Assembly: GCF_004010195.1 (NCBI RefSeq) | Contig: NC_057718.1 | Location: forward strand, 50,588,747 to 50,652,746 | DNA length: 64,000 nucleotides | DNA from: Chiloscyllium plagiosum | Lineage: Eukaryota | Direction: 5' to 3' | In this document: one piece after another, positions 38,983-51,870 of the stretch | Layout: every line of letters starts with the position of its first letter | How positions within the stretch are numbered: position 1 is the first letter of the stretch | The notes under the pieces: model-generated | Seen by the model: only the letters and a program-made list of their open reading frames with translations | Databases searched by the model: none | Told to the model about the DNA's origin: nothing | Made by a program: the position numbers and the translations under genes

Positions 38983-40225
38983 ACAAATTTAATAAAGCCT
39001 ATTTCTGCTGTATGAATCGTGATGCACCATTACTGTTAACCAATGAGTTAAAATGATGCAGGCAGCATGCAAACTTAGTATTATTTGTTCAGTTAAACAA
39101 ACTTGCAATGTAGACCAATATACATTGCAGTACTTCACAGAATGCATACATGGCAGTCAAACATCTCAGTTGGCTGGCTAGCATTTCCATACGGTAACTT
39201 GCAGTTTTCAAAGGGGAAACTATTTAAGCCACAGCATTGGTGAAAACATCAGCAGAAGTATCTCTGAGAAGGAATAAGATTATCACTGGAGCAGTAAGCC
39301 AGAGAGAGGGCTTTCAGATTCCCTGACACAACACCGAAGGCATTAATCCAGGAGATGGATGCCTCAGAAGCCCTCTAGGCATTCTGAAAAGGGAATGGGA
39401 GCAGATAGCCATGGGGAATAATTCTATATTTTGGGAACAGTTTCCTGGTAGATAGTCAGCATGACTTTCAGGAGAAAAGACGAAATAAAACATAGATTTT
39501 ATAGATTGTCAATGACCGAGTTTCATGTCTCGAAAGTGATGAAATTACTCACATAGTAATGTTAGATTTCTCAAAAGCTTTTGACAACCCTCTTCATGAA
39601 AAGCTCTTGTCCAATTTTCACTTTTCTGGAACCAAGGGGACATCAATAAATTGGATCTGACACATTCTTTCCAACAGTAAATGAAGAGTATTATGTGATG
39701 AAAATGATGCTGTTTTAGAAATGTTCTCTTCAGAGTGCTCGAGTGAGTTGTGTTTGCATATGATTGTGCAGTTTAATTACCAGGAAACTTATGGTCATAT
39801 CAATTCATTGCAAGAACTCATTGTTTAATGGTATTATTGGGTACGTTTAAATTAATTTTTATTATTCACTCACAGGATATCGCAATGGTGGCTGGGCCAG
39901 TACTTAGTGCGCATTGTGAGTCATCCTTGAGAAGATGGTGGTGAATTATGTTCTTAAACCAGTGTAGTCCATTTGGTGTACGTAGATCCACATTGTTATT
40001 AGTGGAGGAGTTCCAGAATTTTGACCATGCAACACTTAAAGAAACATAAAAACATGTCCAAATATGGATGGTGAATGGTTTGGAGGGAAACTTGTAGGTG
40101 GTGGTGTTCCTATATATCAGCTGCCTTTATCCTTCTAGATGGAAGTGGTTTTGATTTAATTTGATTTATTGTAGTTATATGTACCTAAGTTAGGTGAAAA
40201 GCTTTGTTTTGTGAGTAATATAGGC

Positions 40226-40299
40226 AGATCATAGCAAACAAAGACATAAAGATCATAGCAAACAAGGACATACAGATTATAGCAAACAAGGACATACAG
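40226..40299 (+). repeat. 24-bp tandem repeat x3 in Rex1 3' UTR
   Basis: agatcatagcaaacaa(a/g)gacata(a/c) three times; single copy at 25546 in the sister element. Confidence 0.9.
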
Positions 40300-40830
40300 G
40301 ATATACTAAGGGTGCTTGGACAGAGCAAAGGATATAGATATGGCTACACAGGAGGCGCACAAAGCAAGATTAACATTAGTAAGATCAACATTATTTGAAG
40401 ATGGAGAAGTCAATTCAGTAGTCTAATAATGGCAGGGATGAAACTGTTCTTGAACTTGTTGGTGCAAATGTTCAAGCTTCTGTATTTCCTACCTGATGGA
40501 AGAGGTTGGAAAAAATCATTAGCAGGGTGAGAGAGAACCTTGATGACGTTGGCAGCCCTTCCCAGCAATGAGATGTGTAAATGAAGTCCATGGATGAGAG
40601 GTTGGCTTCTGTGATGGTCTAGGCTGTGTGCACAATTTTCTGTAGTTTCTTATGGTCCTGTGCAGTTGTTGTACCAGGTTGTTATGCACTCGGATAGAAT
40701 ACTTTCAATCGTTCGCCTGTAGAAGTTGAGATGTGGAGGTTCCGGTGTTGGACTGGGGTGGACAACAACACCAGGGGATAGTCAAATTGGTTTATTTGAA
40801 GTCACAAGCTTTCAGAGCACTGCCCCTTCA

Positions 40831-42632
40831 GCATTTGGAGATGCTGGTGTTGGACTGGGGTGTACAAAGTTAAAAAGCACACAACACCAGCTTATAGTCC
40901 AACAGGTGTATGTGGAAGCACTAGCTTTCAGAGTGCTGCTCCTTCATCAGGTGGTTGTGGGGTATAAGATCATAAGACACAGAATTTATAGCAAAAGTTT
41001 ACAGTGTAACATAACTGAAACTTTATGTTGAAAAAGAACTGGATTGTTTGTTAAGTCTCGCATCTTTTAGAATGACCATGTTGGTTTCAGTTCTTTCATA
41101 TGTAAATTTCAGAACTTTTTTAAAGTTACATTTTCAAGTGAACTTTAACAATTGGTGTTATGTTGGCCCAGATAATGCGTTGAAGGTGTGAGATGCCCTG
41201 GGTGACACTGTGCCACAATGTTTGGACTGATTCTAATCTAAAAAAAATTGACAGAATCTTACATGGATTCATGCAGTTTTTAAGCAAAATAAAATATAAT
41301 TCTGCAAGTACAAATTCACCCCACAAACGTGTGTGTGTGTGTAAGCGCGCAGTGCAATGGGGTCACCTTGTGTGTGTGTGTGTGTGTAGTGCAGTGGGGT
41401 CATCTGTAGTGTAACATGAATCCAAGGTCCTGGTTGAGGCCACCCCTGTGGGTACTGAACTTAGCTATCAGCCTCTGCTCGGCCACTTTGCATTGATACC
41501 TGTCCCGAAGTCTGCCTTGGAAACCAGTCACCCAAAGGTCTGAGGTCAAATGTCCTGTACCACTGAAATGTTTTCCGACTGAGAGGGAACACTCCTGTCT
41601 GTTGATTTTTGAGCAATGTCCATTCATCCATTGTTGTAGCCTCTGCTTGGTCATGCCAATGTACCATGCCTCAGGGCATCCTTGCCTGCAGCGCATGAGA
41701 TAGGCAACATTGGCCGAATTACAGGAGTATCTGCCATGTACATGGTGGGAGGTGTCCCCACACGTAATGGTGGTATCCGTGTCGACACTCTGACATGTCT
41801 TGCAGCATCTACTGTGACAAGGTTGTATGGTGTAATGTCGTATGGTTGTACACCATGTACGTGGCAGGCACTCATGTGACTCAGCTAATGTTATCTATCT
41901 CATACGCTGAAGGCAAGGACACCCTGAGACATGGTACATTGGCAAGACAGAGCAGAGGCTGCAGCAACAGATGAATGGACACTACACAACAATCAACAGA
42001 AAGGAGTGTTCCCTCCCAAACGGAGAACACTTCAGGAGTCCGGGACTCGACCTCGGACCTTCAGATGACCATCCTCCAAGGCAGACTTCGGGACACAGAG
42101 TGGCCAAGCAGAGGCTGATAGTCAGGTTCAGTACCCATGGGAATGGCCTCAACCAGGACCTTGGGTTCATGTCACTCGACAGGTGACCCCATTGCACTAT
42201 ATATATACACACACACACACAAATGTGGGATGAATTCGTACTTGCAGAATTATATTTTATGTTGCTCAAAATCTGCATGAATCCATGTAAGATTCTGTCA
42301 ATTTGTTTCTTTTTAGATTAGAATCAGTCCAAACATTGTGGCACAGTGTCACACAGGGCACCTCACACCTTCGATGCATTATCTGGGCCAACATGACACC
42401 AATTGTTAAAGTTCACTTGAGAATGTAACTTTAAAGACGTTAGCGATTTACATATGAAAGAACTGAAACCAACATGTTCACCTTAAAAGATGAAAGACTT
42501 AACAAACAATCCAGGTCTTTCTCAACATATAATTTCAGTTACATCACATTGTAAACTTTTTCTATAAATTCTGTGTCTTATGATCATTTACTCCACAACT
42601 ACCTGATGAAGGAGCAGTGCTCTGAAAGCTAG
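40831..42632. mobile_element. Inner twin-arm PLE (family B): minus arm 40831-41835, plus arm 41851-42632
   Basis: ~780-bp inverted repeat; ORF 41400-41696 RCRQGCPEAWYIGMTKQ (GIY-YIG); TSD tgccccttca (40821-40830) / taccccttca (42633-42642). Confidence 0.88.
40919..40953 (-). ncRNA. Minimal hammerhead ribozyme motif (PLE family B)
   Basis: cac CTGATGA a GGAGC agc ACTCT GAAA gc TA gtg on minus strand. Confidence 0.65.
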
Positions 42633-45600
42633 TACCCCTTCATCAGGTCAAGTGAAGAAAAGCACGTAGGCACAGAAAGTATAGTCCGAGAGATCAATAG
42701 GCAAGGAAGATCAAAAGGTCATCCGAATACTGTAAGATCATCCTCGACCACAATGTCTTCATTTTCGACAACCAGATTTTCATCAAGACACACGGAACAG
42801 CCTTGGGGATTGAATTGGACCCTAATATGCCAGCATTTTCATATACAAGATTGAGTAAGACTTTTTTTGTTGCACAGGACCTCCAACCAATGCTATACAC
42901 CAGACACATTGACAACATTTTCTTCTTCTGGACTCATAGCCAGGAATCACTGAAGCGACTATGTAGCGATATCAACAAATTTCATCCCATCATCAGACTT
43001 CCCATGGACTACTCTTCAGAATCAGTCTGATTCTTGGACACATGCATCTCCAACAAGGACAGACACCTCTGTACCTGACTCTACCACAAGCCCACGGATA
43101 ATCTCATGTTGCTGCACTTCCTGAGAATCCACCCTGAACATGTTAAAGAAGCCATCCTTCCTTCGGACAAGCCATACACACACACAGGATCTGCTCAGAT
43201 GAGGAGGATTGTGATGGACACCTGAAGACGCTGAAAGACATGCTCATAAGAACAGGATATGATGCCCAACTCATCAATCAGCAGTTCCGACATGCCACAT
43301 TGAGAAACTGCAACAATCACCTCAGAAGACAGGATAGCACTAATAGAATACCCTTTTTCATTCAATACTTTGTCAGAGTGGAAAAACTACACCATGTTCT
43401 TCACAGCTTCAGCATGCCATTGATGATGATGAACATCTCACCAAGGTCTTCTCAATGCCTCCAATTCTTGCCTTCAAACAACTACCACAGCTTGAACAGA
43501 CTATAATTCGCAGCAAATTATGATGTCCCAAGGCATGGTATATTGGTGAGACCATGCTGACTCTACAATAATGGATGAATGGACACAGCACAACAATCAC
43601 CAGTCAGGGGTGTTTCCTCCCAGTCAGGGAACATTTCACCGATCAAAGACATTCAGTCCAATCTTCAGGGAACTATCCTCCAAGGCAGTCTTTGAGATAC
43701 ACTACAGCGCAGAATTGCCAAGCAGAAACTAATAGCCAAGTTCTGTACCCATGAAGACGGCCTCAACCGTGATCTTGGGTTCGTGTCGTGCTGCATGTAA
43801 CCCCACCATACTGTTCTGATCTGGAAAATCTTCCCTACTGTCCTGTTTTGACAGGATCTCTGCACTTTAATTAGTTTGTACAGTTTTGGATTACTTGTTA
43901 TTTTGGTTAGTTCTTTGACATGTGATTCTTATACCTATCATGTTATTCCATCTATTTAATTTGTCTCCACCATCACCTTATTTTAAAATTTTTGTAATTA
44001 TCTCTCTGTCTCAATTAATCCAATTATGGGTCATCCCTTCACTTGCTAGCTAGCTGTGGGCATGTTATTCACATCATGTGACACTTTTGGTCATGCACAG
44101 AGACTTATTATTCAGCCTATAGACACTCCACTCACACCATTTGTATGATCTTTCCATCTGCCTGTCTATTTATCTCTCTGCCTATAAATTCTATGCTTGT
44201 GTACTTTTCTTCACTCTACCTGATAAAGGAGCAGTGCTCTGAAATCTTGTGATTCCAAATAAGCTTGTTGGACTATAACTTGGTGTCATGTGACTTCTAC
44301 TCTGTAGAAGTTGGCGATGGTCCTTGTGGACATGCCAAATTTCCCAAGCTGCCTGAGGAAAAAATGATGCTGTTGTACTTTGTTGACCGTCGTATCTACA
44401 TGGGAAATTCAGGACAGGTTACTGCTTATTGTCACTCCTACTAAGTTGACACTCGCCACTCTACTCACCCTCAGCTCCGTTGATGTAGTTAGGGACATGT
44501 TCTCCTCTTTCAGTGGTCTCAAGTTTGGAACATTTGGTCTAAGGACCTTTGGTGAGTTTCTGCAGCGCATCTTGTACAAGGTACACACTGGTGCTATTGA
44601 GTGTCAGCAGTGGAGGGAATTAATGTTTGCAGACATGGTATCAATCAAGCTGGGCTGCTTTGTCCGAGATGATGTCGAGGTTCTTGCGTGATGCTGGAGC
44701 TGCACTCCTCTGGGAGCATTCCATCACACTCCTAACTTGTGCCTTGTAGGTGGTGGACAGGTTTTGGGTAGTCAGAAGGTGAGATCTCACTGCAAGATTC
44801 CTAGCTTCTAGCCTGCTCTCATGGCCACAGTGTTTATATGACTAGTCCAGTTCAGTTTCTGGTCAATGATAACCTCCACCCCAACACAGGATATTGATAA
44901 TGCGAGATTCAGTGATAGTAACACCATTGAAATGTTAGAGGGCAGTGGTTAGATTGTCTTTTATTGGAAACAGTCATTGCCTTACATTTTTGTGTTATAA
45001 ACGTTACTTGCCGCTTTTTGGCCCAAGTCTAGATATTGTCCAGGTCTTCTTGCATATGGACATCGACAACTTTGGTAACTGAGGAGTAACAAATAGTGCT
45101 GAACATTGTGCAGTCATCAGACAAAATCCTCACTTTTGCCCTTATGATGGAGGGATAGTCATTGATGAAGCAGCTAAAAACATTTTGCCCCTAAGGATCT
45201 CCTGCAGTGGTCCTGGAGCTAAGGTCATTACCTTCCATCAAACAGAACCATCGCCCTTTGGGCCAGACATGACTCCAACCAGTGGAGAGTTTACTTCTTC
45301 ATTCTCATTGACTCCAGTTTTTTTTCTAGAGCTCGTTGATCCCTCAAACAAAATTGGTTCAAGCTGCAGCTTTCATCCATGAGTAAATTAAGAACTAAAT
45401 TTTTCAACTGCAAAAGTGGCAGGACCAATGAAAGATGGTATTTAGTGCCAGAAAATGCAAAGTCACATGTATTAACAACATATACTGGTAAAGTTTTGTA
45501 ATCAAGTTCCCAACAGTTAAATAAACAACCATGTGGTGGTGGTGAGGGTTCAACTTAACATGATCTTCAACAGAGATTTCAGATTTACCAGATAACATCT

Positions 45601-48600
45601 ACAGACATCAGCATTCTTTAACTTCTGAGGAAGGATCTTTGATATTGCAACAAAATGATTTGAATTTCCGCTTGTTCACAGAATTCTGGCAGATGCAAGT
45701 TGCATGTGGAATTCTTATCTGGAAAGATATAAAAGGGACCTAAGGGGCATTTTCAGGACAAATGTCTCAGCAGGTCATGCCTGGTTAGCCATTACTACCA
45801 ATATAAATGTAGGCAAAATATTGATATTAGTCTAGGAAGCTAACAGGGCTCAAGCAGAAAGCAGCAGAAGTAATAATTGAGTAAAACCAGTGATTTTTGA
45901 TTTTGTTCAGCTCCTTGAGCTAATTTCCTAAACTTCTTCCAGCTGTTAGATCCCACTTTGTATGTGATGTCTTCTTATATTATGGTGTGTTACATAGAGC
46001 ACAGTGTTGCTGTTTAGTAGAAAACCCAGGATTATCTAACTTACTAGAATCTCAGTACCACCTAGGTAGGTTTGAGGTTCCACATTTCACAATGGTTATA
46101 GGACTCCTTATTTATATCTTGGAGAACTCCTGACAGCATTTTCTATTGGGTGGCTGCTCTGAACGACTGAAACTTGAGATGACTGTGGCAGTCTCAGGTT
46201 TAAATTTTTAAAGGGAAAAATATATTCCGCAGGGATAGGAAATGGAATCTGTCACCCTGTAATTAATTCAGCTCACTACAGGTCTTTTCAAATTTAAATT
46301 CCCTTCCACAACTCTGGTTGCCAAGGCACAATTAAATATATTGGATGATACATTCCTGCCACTTGCAAGACTTATGAACCTGCCTCCCATTTAGATGGAT
46401 GTATTCTTCCTCTGCTTGTTGATTCCAGTTCAAAGTCCCAGAACAGCTGCAGCAAGAGTGGAGAGATGGCCAAAAAACTCCTGCAACTATAGACTGTCCA
46501 CATTTGCTGAACAAATTGCATGAAAAGTATTTGCTACAGGTTTGATAGATTTGCGAGTTATGCCAGCATTTATTGGCATCATTTTTTAAGCAATGCTTGA
46601 AGGGTGAAAATTGTGTTTTCGGCAAGTAGTGTCTGCTGGCCAGCTAATCAGAGCACTGGATTTTGTTCAAACCTGTACTAATGGATAATGACATTGTACA
46701 GCAGCAATACATCAACAAGGCACTTTCTTTGGATGTCAGCTATAATTCAGACTCCCCATCAGCCAACCAGGTACCAGCTATTCATTCCATGGCTGAATCA
46801 AATTTATGATGCTTCAGCAGACACTTCACAGTCCTTGTTATTTTGCTTATTGACATGAGCAGTCATTTCAGATTATGTGTTGATTGTTCTGCATCTTTCA
46901 TCTCTTGCTATTGTGGGTTAAAGAAACAATGAGCCGATTAGATTTTGCACTGAAATCTGAACATAACTTTTCTATGCTATCCTTCTCTAATAAATAGCTG
47001 CATTATCACAACACCAAAAATAATTCCTTAGTGTTTCAGGCACCATCCATTTTTCACTACAAACAATTGCTGCTTTTGCCAAGTATTCACTGACTAGTCC
47101 GAAAGCATTCACTCCTTATTGGAGTACGCTCCTTAAAACAAAGATTACCAGTTGGTGCCTGCCTGTAAACTGCCCATCGGACATGTCTGCAGAATGATCC
47201 ATGAACTAAACATTTGCGTAGCTCAGTGAGCTGCAATTTAGTTTGATGAGGGTTTTAATTTTAAAATAAATGTTTGCATTCAGCAAAAAATAAGTAGTGT
47301 TATTACCTTTCAATGGTAATACCTACCTGATACATGGATTACAAGTAGGATAAAATATGCTTCAAAGACAAAAATTAAGTCACTCTATTATCATTACAGC
47401 TGCTAATTTGGCCTTCTGTGCATGGATTGTGCTGGTAATTTAGTGACCATCTTTTTGGGTCACAGATAACAAATCCTGCCTTTGGTTTCTCTTCAATCAC
47501 AAGCTAGAATCAACCACATAAATATCTTCCTCCCAGGCTGTATCAGAGCTTTAAATCCATTGTGATTGTTCACACCCCAGCTTAGACACAGCCCAAACCT
47601 CTATGAGATTTTACACTGACCACAATCTCTCAGCAGAAACACTTAGACTTTCAGTGGATCTCTGTACAACTGCTTCAAGCAGCTTATAAGTGTCTCCCCT
47701 TACTAAAGCCGTTAATATTCTCCCTTTCACTGTCTCCCAGATTCCCTGTCTCATCTGTTCTTTGGCTGGGAGCGTTGTAAAGATGTTATGTCCTAAAGAC
47801 AATTGTAACACTTACAAAATCCCTGTGCATTTACAATATCTTTCTTAATCTCTCTATCTCATGTGGATATTCAATATGATTTGCCTTAATGCTTTGTTGT
47901 TTATGCTGTTGGCACATAATATTACACTGTTCTGCTTCTTGGATTCTCATTCAGGCCATTCATCACCCTGGTGCTGATTGCTTACACAAAAACATCAACA
48001 TTTTCAAAAATTGAGCTCTGCATCACCACCATTCTCTCTCCAGCTCAAACCATTCAATGTCCTTATTCACTAGCTCCCCCTTCCTCAAGGGGTTTCATTA
48101 ACCCATTGATAATTCCATCTCATTCACTCAGGTTGTTACCTCTATCCTCTAGCTCCTGCTCAAGTTCTCTTTCCTCAGCTGCATCTTTCCTCGACAGATC
48201 AAAGGCCTGTTTGGGAATGGACTCCAGTGTCCACTGATCTGCCTCATCAATCGATCATCTCCTACCAGATTAGCACCAGTCCACCTCTTATTGTCATGTA
48301 CTCTATGATTAAACCATCCATAATGTGTGCTAGACCTCTCACTAGCTCACCACCCTGTAAAAACAACCTCTTTTTCAGGTCTAATGGTACTGCTGCCCCT
48401 CTACTTGGATACATTTCTATCTAACGCACTACCAAGCAATACTAAATACACACAATGACACTGGTTGGTTAGAAATCGCATGAACCAAGATCTGCCTCAA
48501 TCCATCAACAATTCTTCATTTGATTTTGAAGAAGGTGACCAAACTGCTCTACACCAGCTACAGAAGCAAGTCCTTTTCTTTCCCCAAACTTTTTATAGAA

Positions 48601-48949
48601 TGTTCCCCTGCAATAATTGTGTATTATTTGCATTTTTGGTCCAGTTAATTGCTTTTCACTGGCTTGAAGACACACAGACTGTGGACTCAGGCATTATCTC
48701 CAATTCCCTTTTACTTGTTATCATGGAAACAATGGAGCAATGTTCTCCAACATAGCTCCAATTTTTTAAAAAAATCTACTTTGCAGACTTTGGCAAATAA
48801 AATCTTCATCTTGACTGATATCTTCCCATACTGCTTTCCATACCCACAATACAGCTTTTCTTTCAGGATGCCAGCTTCATTCTTCATCAATGAGACAACT
48901 CTGGCTTGTGGAACTTCACCAAAACAAATTTATATTCTTATATTCATTA

Positions 48950-50005
48950 GAACATTGAACAGTATAGCCCACCGTGTCTGTGCTGACCATGATGTCATTC
49001 TAGACCAATTCCTTCTGCAAATGATCCAAAATTCTCTATTCCTTGCCTGTTCATGTATCTGCTTAAAAGCATCTTAAATGTTGCTATCGTATCTGTTTCT
49101 CCCACTCTGCTGGCAGAGTGTTCCAGGCAGGCACCACGCTCTGCATAAAAATTCTTGCCTCGCACATCTCCTTTAAACTTTCTCCCTCTTATCTTAAACC
49201 TATGCCCCTTGGCATTTCCATCCTGAGGAAAAGCTTCAGATTATGCACCCTATATATATCTCCCATAATTTATATACTTCTGACAGGTTGCTCCTCAACA
49301 TCCAATGTTCTAGTGAAAACAATCCAAGTATGTCTAATCTCTCCTTATAGCTGATGCATTTCAAACCAGGCAGCATCCTCGTAAGTCTCTTTTGCACCTT
49401 CTTTGAAGTCTCCACATCCCTCGTATAGTGCGGTGATCTAATGTGGCCTAACATATTATACAGCAGCAACTTGACTTGCCAATTTTTATATTCCATGCCG
49501 TGACTGATGAAAACAAGGATGCTGTTTGCCTTCTTAACCATCTTATCCACTTGTGTTGCCACTTCTAGGGAGCTATGAACTTGATCCCAAGATCCTTGTA
49601 GATCAATGCTCCCAAGGATCCTGCCATTTACTGTATTTGCTTCTCACATTTGACCTCCCAAAATGCAACGTTTCACATTTTTTTCATAGTAAGTTACATT
49701 TGTCATTTCTCCACCAAACTTTCCAACTAATGTATATCTTGCTGTGTCCTTTGTCAATCTGCCTCACTGTCCTCAACTCACCAATTTTTGTGTCACCTGC
49801 AAACTTACTAATCAGACCACCTACATTTTCATCAAAATTATTTATATATATTACAAACAACAGATGTTCCAGCACTGATCCTTGCACAACTCCATTGGTC
49901 ACGGACCTCAAGTCAGAGAAACATCCCTCCACAACAATGCTCAGTCACTGTGACCAAGGCCAGTTTTTGTCCAACTTACTAACTCACCATGGATCTCATT
50001 TGACT
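48950..50005 (-). mobile_element. CR1 LINE, 5'-truncated
   Basis: ORFs 49684-49932 (VTNGVVQGSVL..LLFVIYINNFD..ISKFAGDTKIG) and 49236-49562. Confidence 0.9.
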
Positions 50006-50599
50006 CATGATGAAATAAAAGCTTGGTTACATAATTAAAAATTATTTTTACAAGAGAAAATAAAGCATTGGCCTACAGAGGGTGTGTGTGTGTGTGTGTG
50101 TACGTGCATGTGTCAGCGTGTTGGATTACACACTATGAAAAGGTTTCTTGATACTTCTGTCCAAGGAGTGGATGGACATTTGTGCAGATCTAGAGGCTCT
50201 CTCTGTTGCGAAGGTTACATCACATGCATTTGTGACTGATTGAATGTTTTGATTCATTACTGACCCGTACATAGACTCACATTCTAACCATCTTATGTGA
50301 TCAATTTCACTATTCTTCCGCTGTCCCACGGATCTCATATTTTGATGTAGTGTTTTTGGTATTAGAACTTGTTTGTCTTTAAAAATTACTTGTCACGATA
50401 TTTCACATTTGTCTCTTCATGACCAAAATGAATGAATCTTTTCAGGTCTTTCTCTCGCACTGTCAGGCTATCCCTGGATAATGACGTTTTGCAATTTATC
50501 TAGTTACTAATTTTTGGAAGGTGCTGATTGCAGCTGTTTACATTGGCTCTGGCCAAAGTGTAAAAGATCAACTTTGAGAACATCTTCAACTTTGTATCT

Positions 50600-50780
50600 A
50601 GCAACACGGTGGCTCAGTGGTTAGCACTGCTGCCTCACAGCATCAGCGTCCCAGGTTTGATCCCAGCCTCGGGTGACTGTCTGTGTGGAGTTTGCACATT
50701 CTCCCTGTGTCTGTGTGGGTTTCCTCCAGGTGCTCCGGTTTCCTCCCACAGTCCAAAGATGTGCAGGTCAGGTGAATTCG
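50600..50780 (+). mobile_element. HE1 SINE 5' half
   Basis: gcaacacggtggctcagtggttagcactgctgcctcacagc...tcctcccacagtccaaagatgtgcaggtcagg. Confidence 0.9.
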
Positions 50781-50880
50781 GAGCTGAAAAATGTGTTGCT
50801 GGAAAAGAGCAGCAGGTCAGGCAGCATCCAAGGAGCAGGAGAATCGATGTTTTGGGCATAAGCCCTTCATCAGAAATGAG
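50781..50880 (-). mobile_element. PLE family A mini-insertion
   Basis: gagctgaaaaatgtgttgctggaaaag...gcccttcatcagaaatgag; flanks aggtcaggtgaat / aggttaggtaat look like a TSD. Confidence 0.85.
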
Positions 50881-51634
50881 GTTAGGTAATCTGCTCAGTT
50901 TGCCAGATGTAACCATCTTTGAACTTGGTTTGTATCTCATGTCTGCGTCATATTCAGGAAGATTATTGACTGATTCAATTGTGTCACGTGTGGTCTGTTC
51001 TACCACATTAGTGAATCTCATGTATTGAGATCCGGGCACACTCACATTCCTGCCACTGCTTGACCACTGATGTCTATTAGGTAGAAGATTTTGGGAAGCC
51101 AAGATAAGCTTGCATATTAACACAAAAATGTGATTCTACTAATACATGGAATTGGTGATCCATTGTACACATAGAAACACTTCTGTACGGGTTGTGTCTC
51201 GGACAAACATTTGCTGGGATCAGTGTCTTTCAGGATGCATAGTAGTAATGTTTTAGCTCTTGTATTCATTGTAGCTTGTCGTGTGTGACATTCTACCTTT
51301 TCAGCCCATGTGTTATTTGCTGATTGCAAAAGCTTAGTGCAAAAACTTTTCATCACCATATAACTTCAATATAGTGTGCAAGGTTAACAATGTGAAAAGT
51401 TTGGTAGTTTTCTGAAATTTGTCTTTTACTTGATTTATTCTGAACCTCATTTATACATTGATGTCTGTGCATCTTAACATTTTCCTTGCTGTAAGTATTA
51501 TTACTATACTGCTACTGTCTTGTTGGTCACTTCTGTTTTGTTCAAGGATCTAGCTTACCATTTGGAACCAGATTTTCTGCATACGCTTGCTAATGTCCAT
51601 TGTTGCCACAAGCTTTAAAGATATCAAGAAACTT

Positions 51635-51870
51635 TGAGCACATGGGTTTCAACTGGATACTCCAGTTTCCTCCCACAATCCAAAGATGTAAATTTTAGGT
51701 GGATAGGCTGAGCTAAACTATCCTGTAGTGTCCAGGGATGTGCAGGTTAAGGGGGCTTTAGCCATGGCAAATATGACGTTACTAGGATACGGTGGGGCTG
51801 ATGAGTCAAAGTGGGATGGTCTTCAGAGGCAGAATGGCTTCATCTGTGCTGCAGTGATTCTATAATTTAT
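51635..51870 (+). mobile_element. HE1-type SINE, 3' part
   Basis: ctccagtttcctcccacaatccaaagatgt...gtgattctata. Confidence 0.75.

Larger units (their letters stand above)
40729..44301. mobile_element. Outer twin-arm PLE (family B-related): short minus arm 40729-40830 + 42633-42690, long plus arm ~42730-44301
   Basis: 12-bp TSD ctgtagaagttg (40717-40728 / 44302-44313); plus arm encodes ILDHNVF.F...HGTALG, YTRHIDNIFF, YHKPTD, WYIGET. Confidence 0.85.
40150..44510 (-). mobile_element. Rex1/Babar 3' fragment split in two (40150-40728 and 44302-44510)
   Basis: (gattt)n tail, reverse-complement match to 17830-18400; resumes after the duplicated ctgtagaagttg. Confidence 0.85.
39860..45330 (-). mobile_element. 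CR1-clade LINE split in two (39860-40149 and 44511-45330) by nested insertions
   Basis: Minus strand CFINDYPSIIRAKVRILSDDCTMFST at 45175-45097; agtggt repeated at both break points. Confidence 0.75.

Noticed and set aside
40226..40299. CRISPR-like array
   Set aside because: Contiguous 24-bp tandem units with no spacers, within a Rex1 3' UTR, eukaryotic context.
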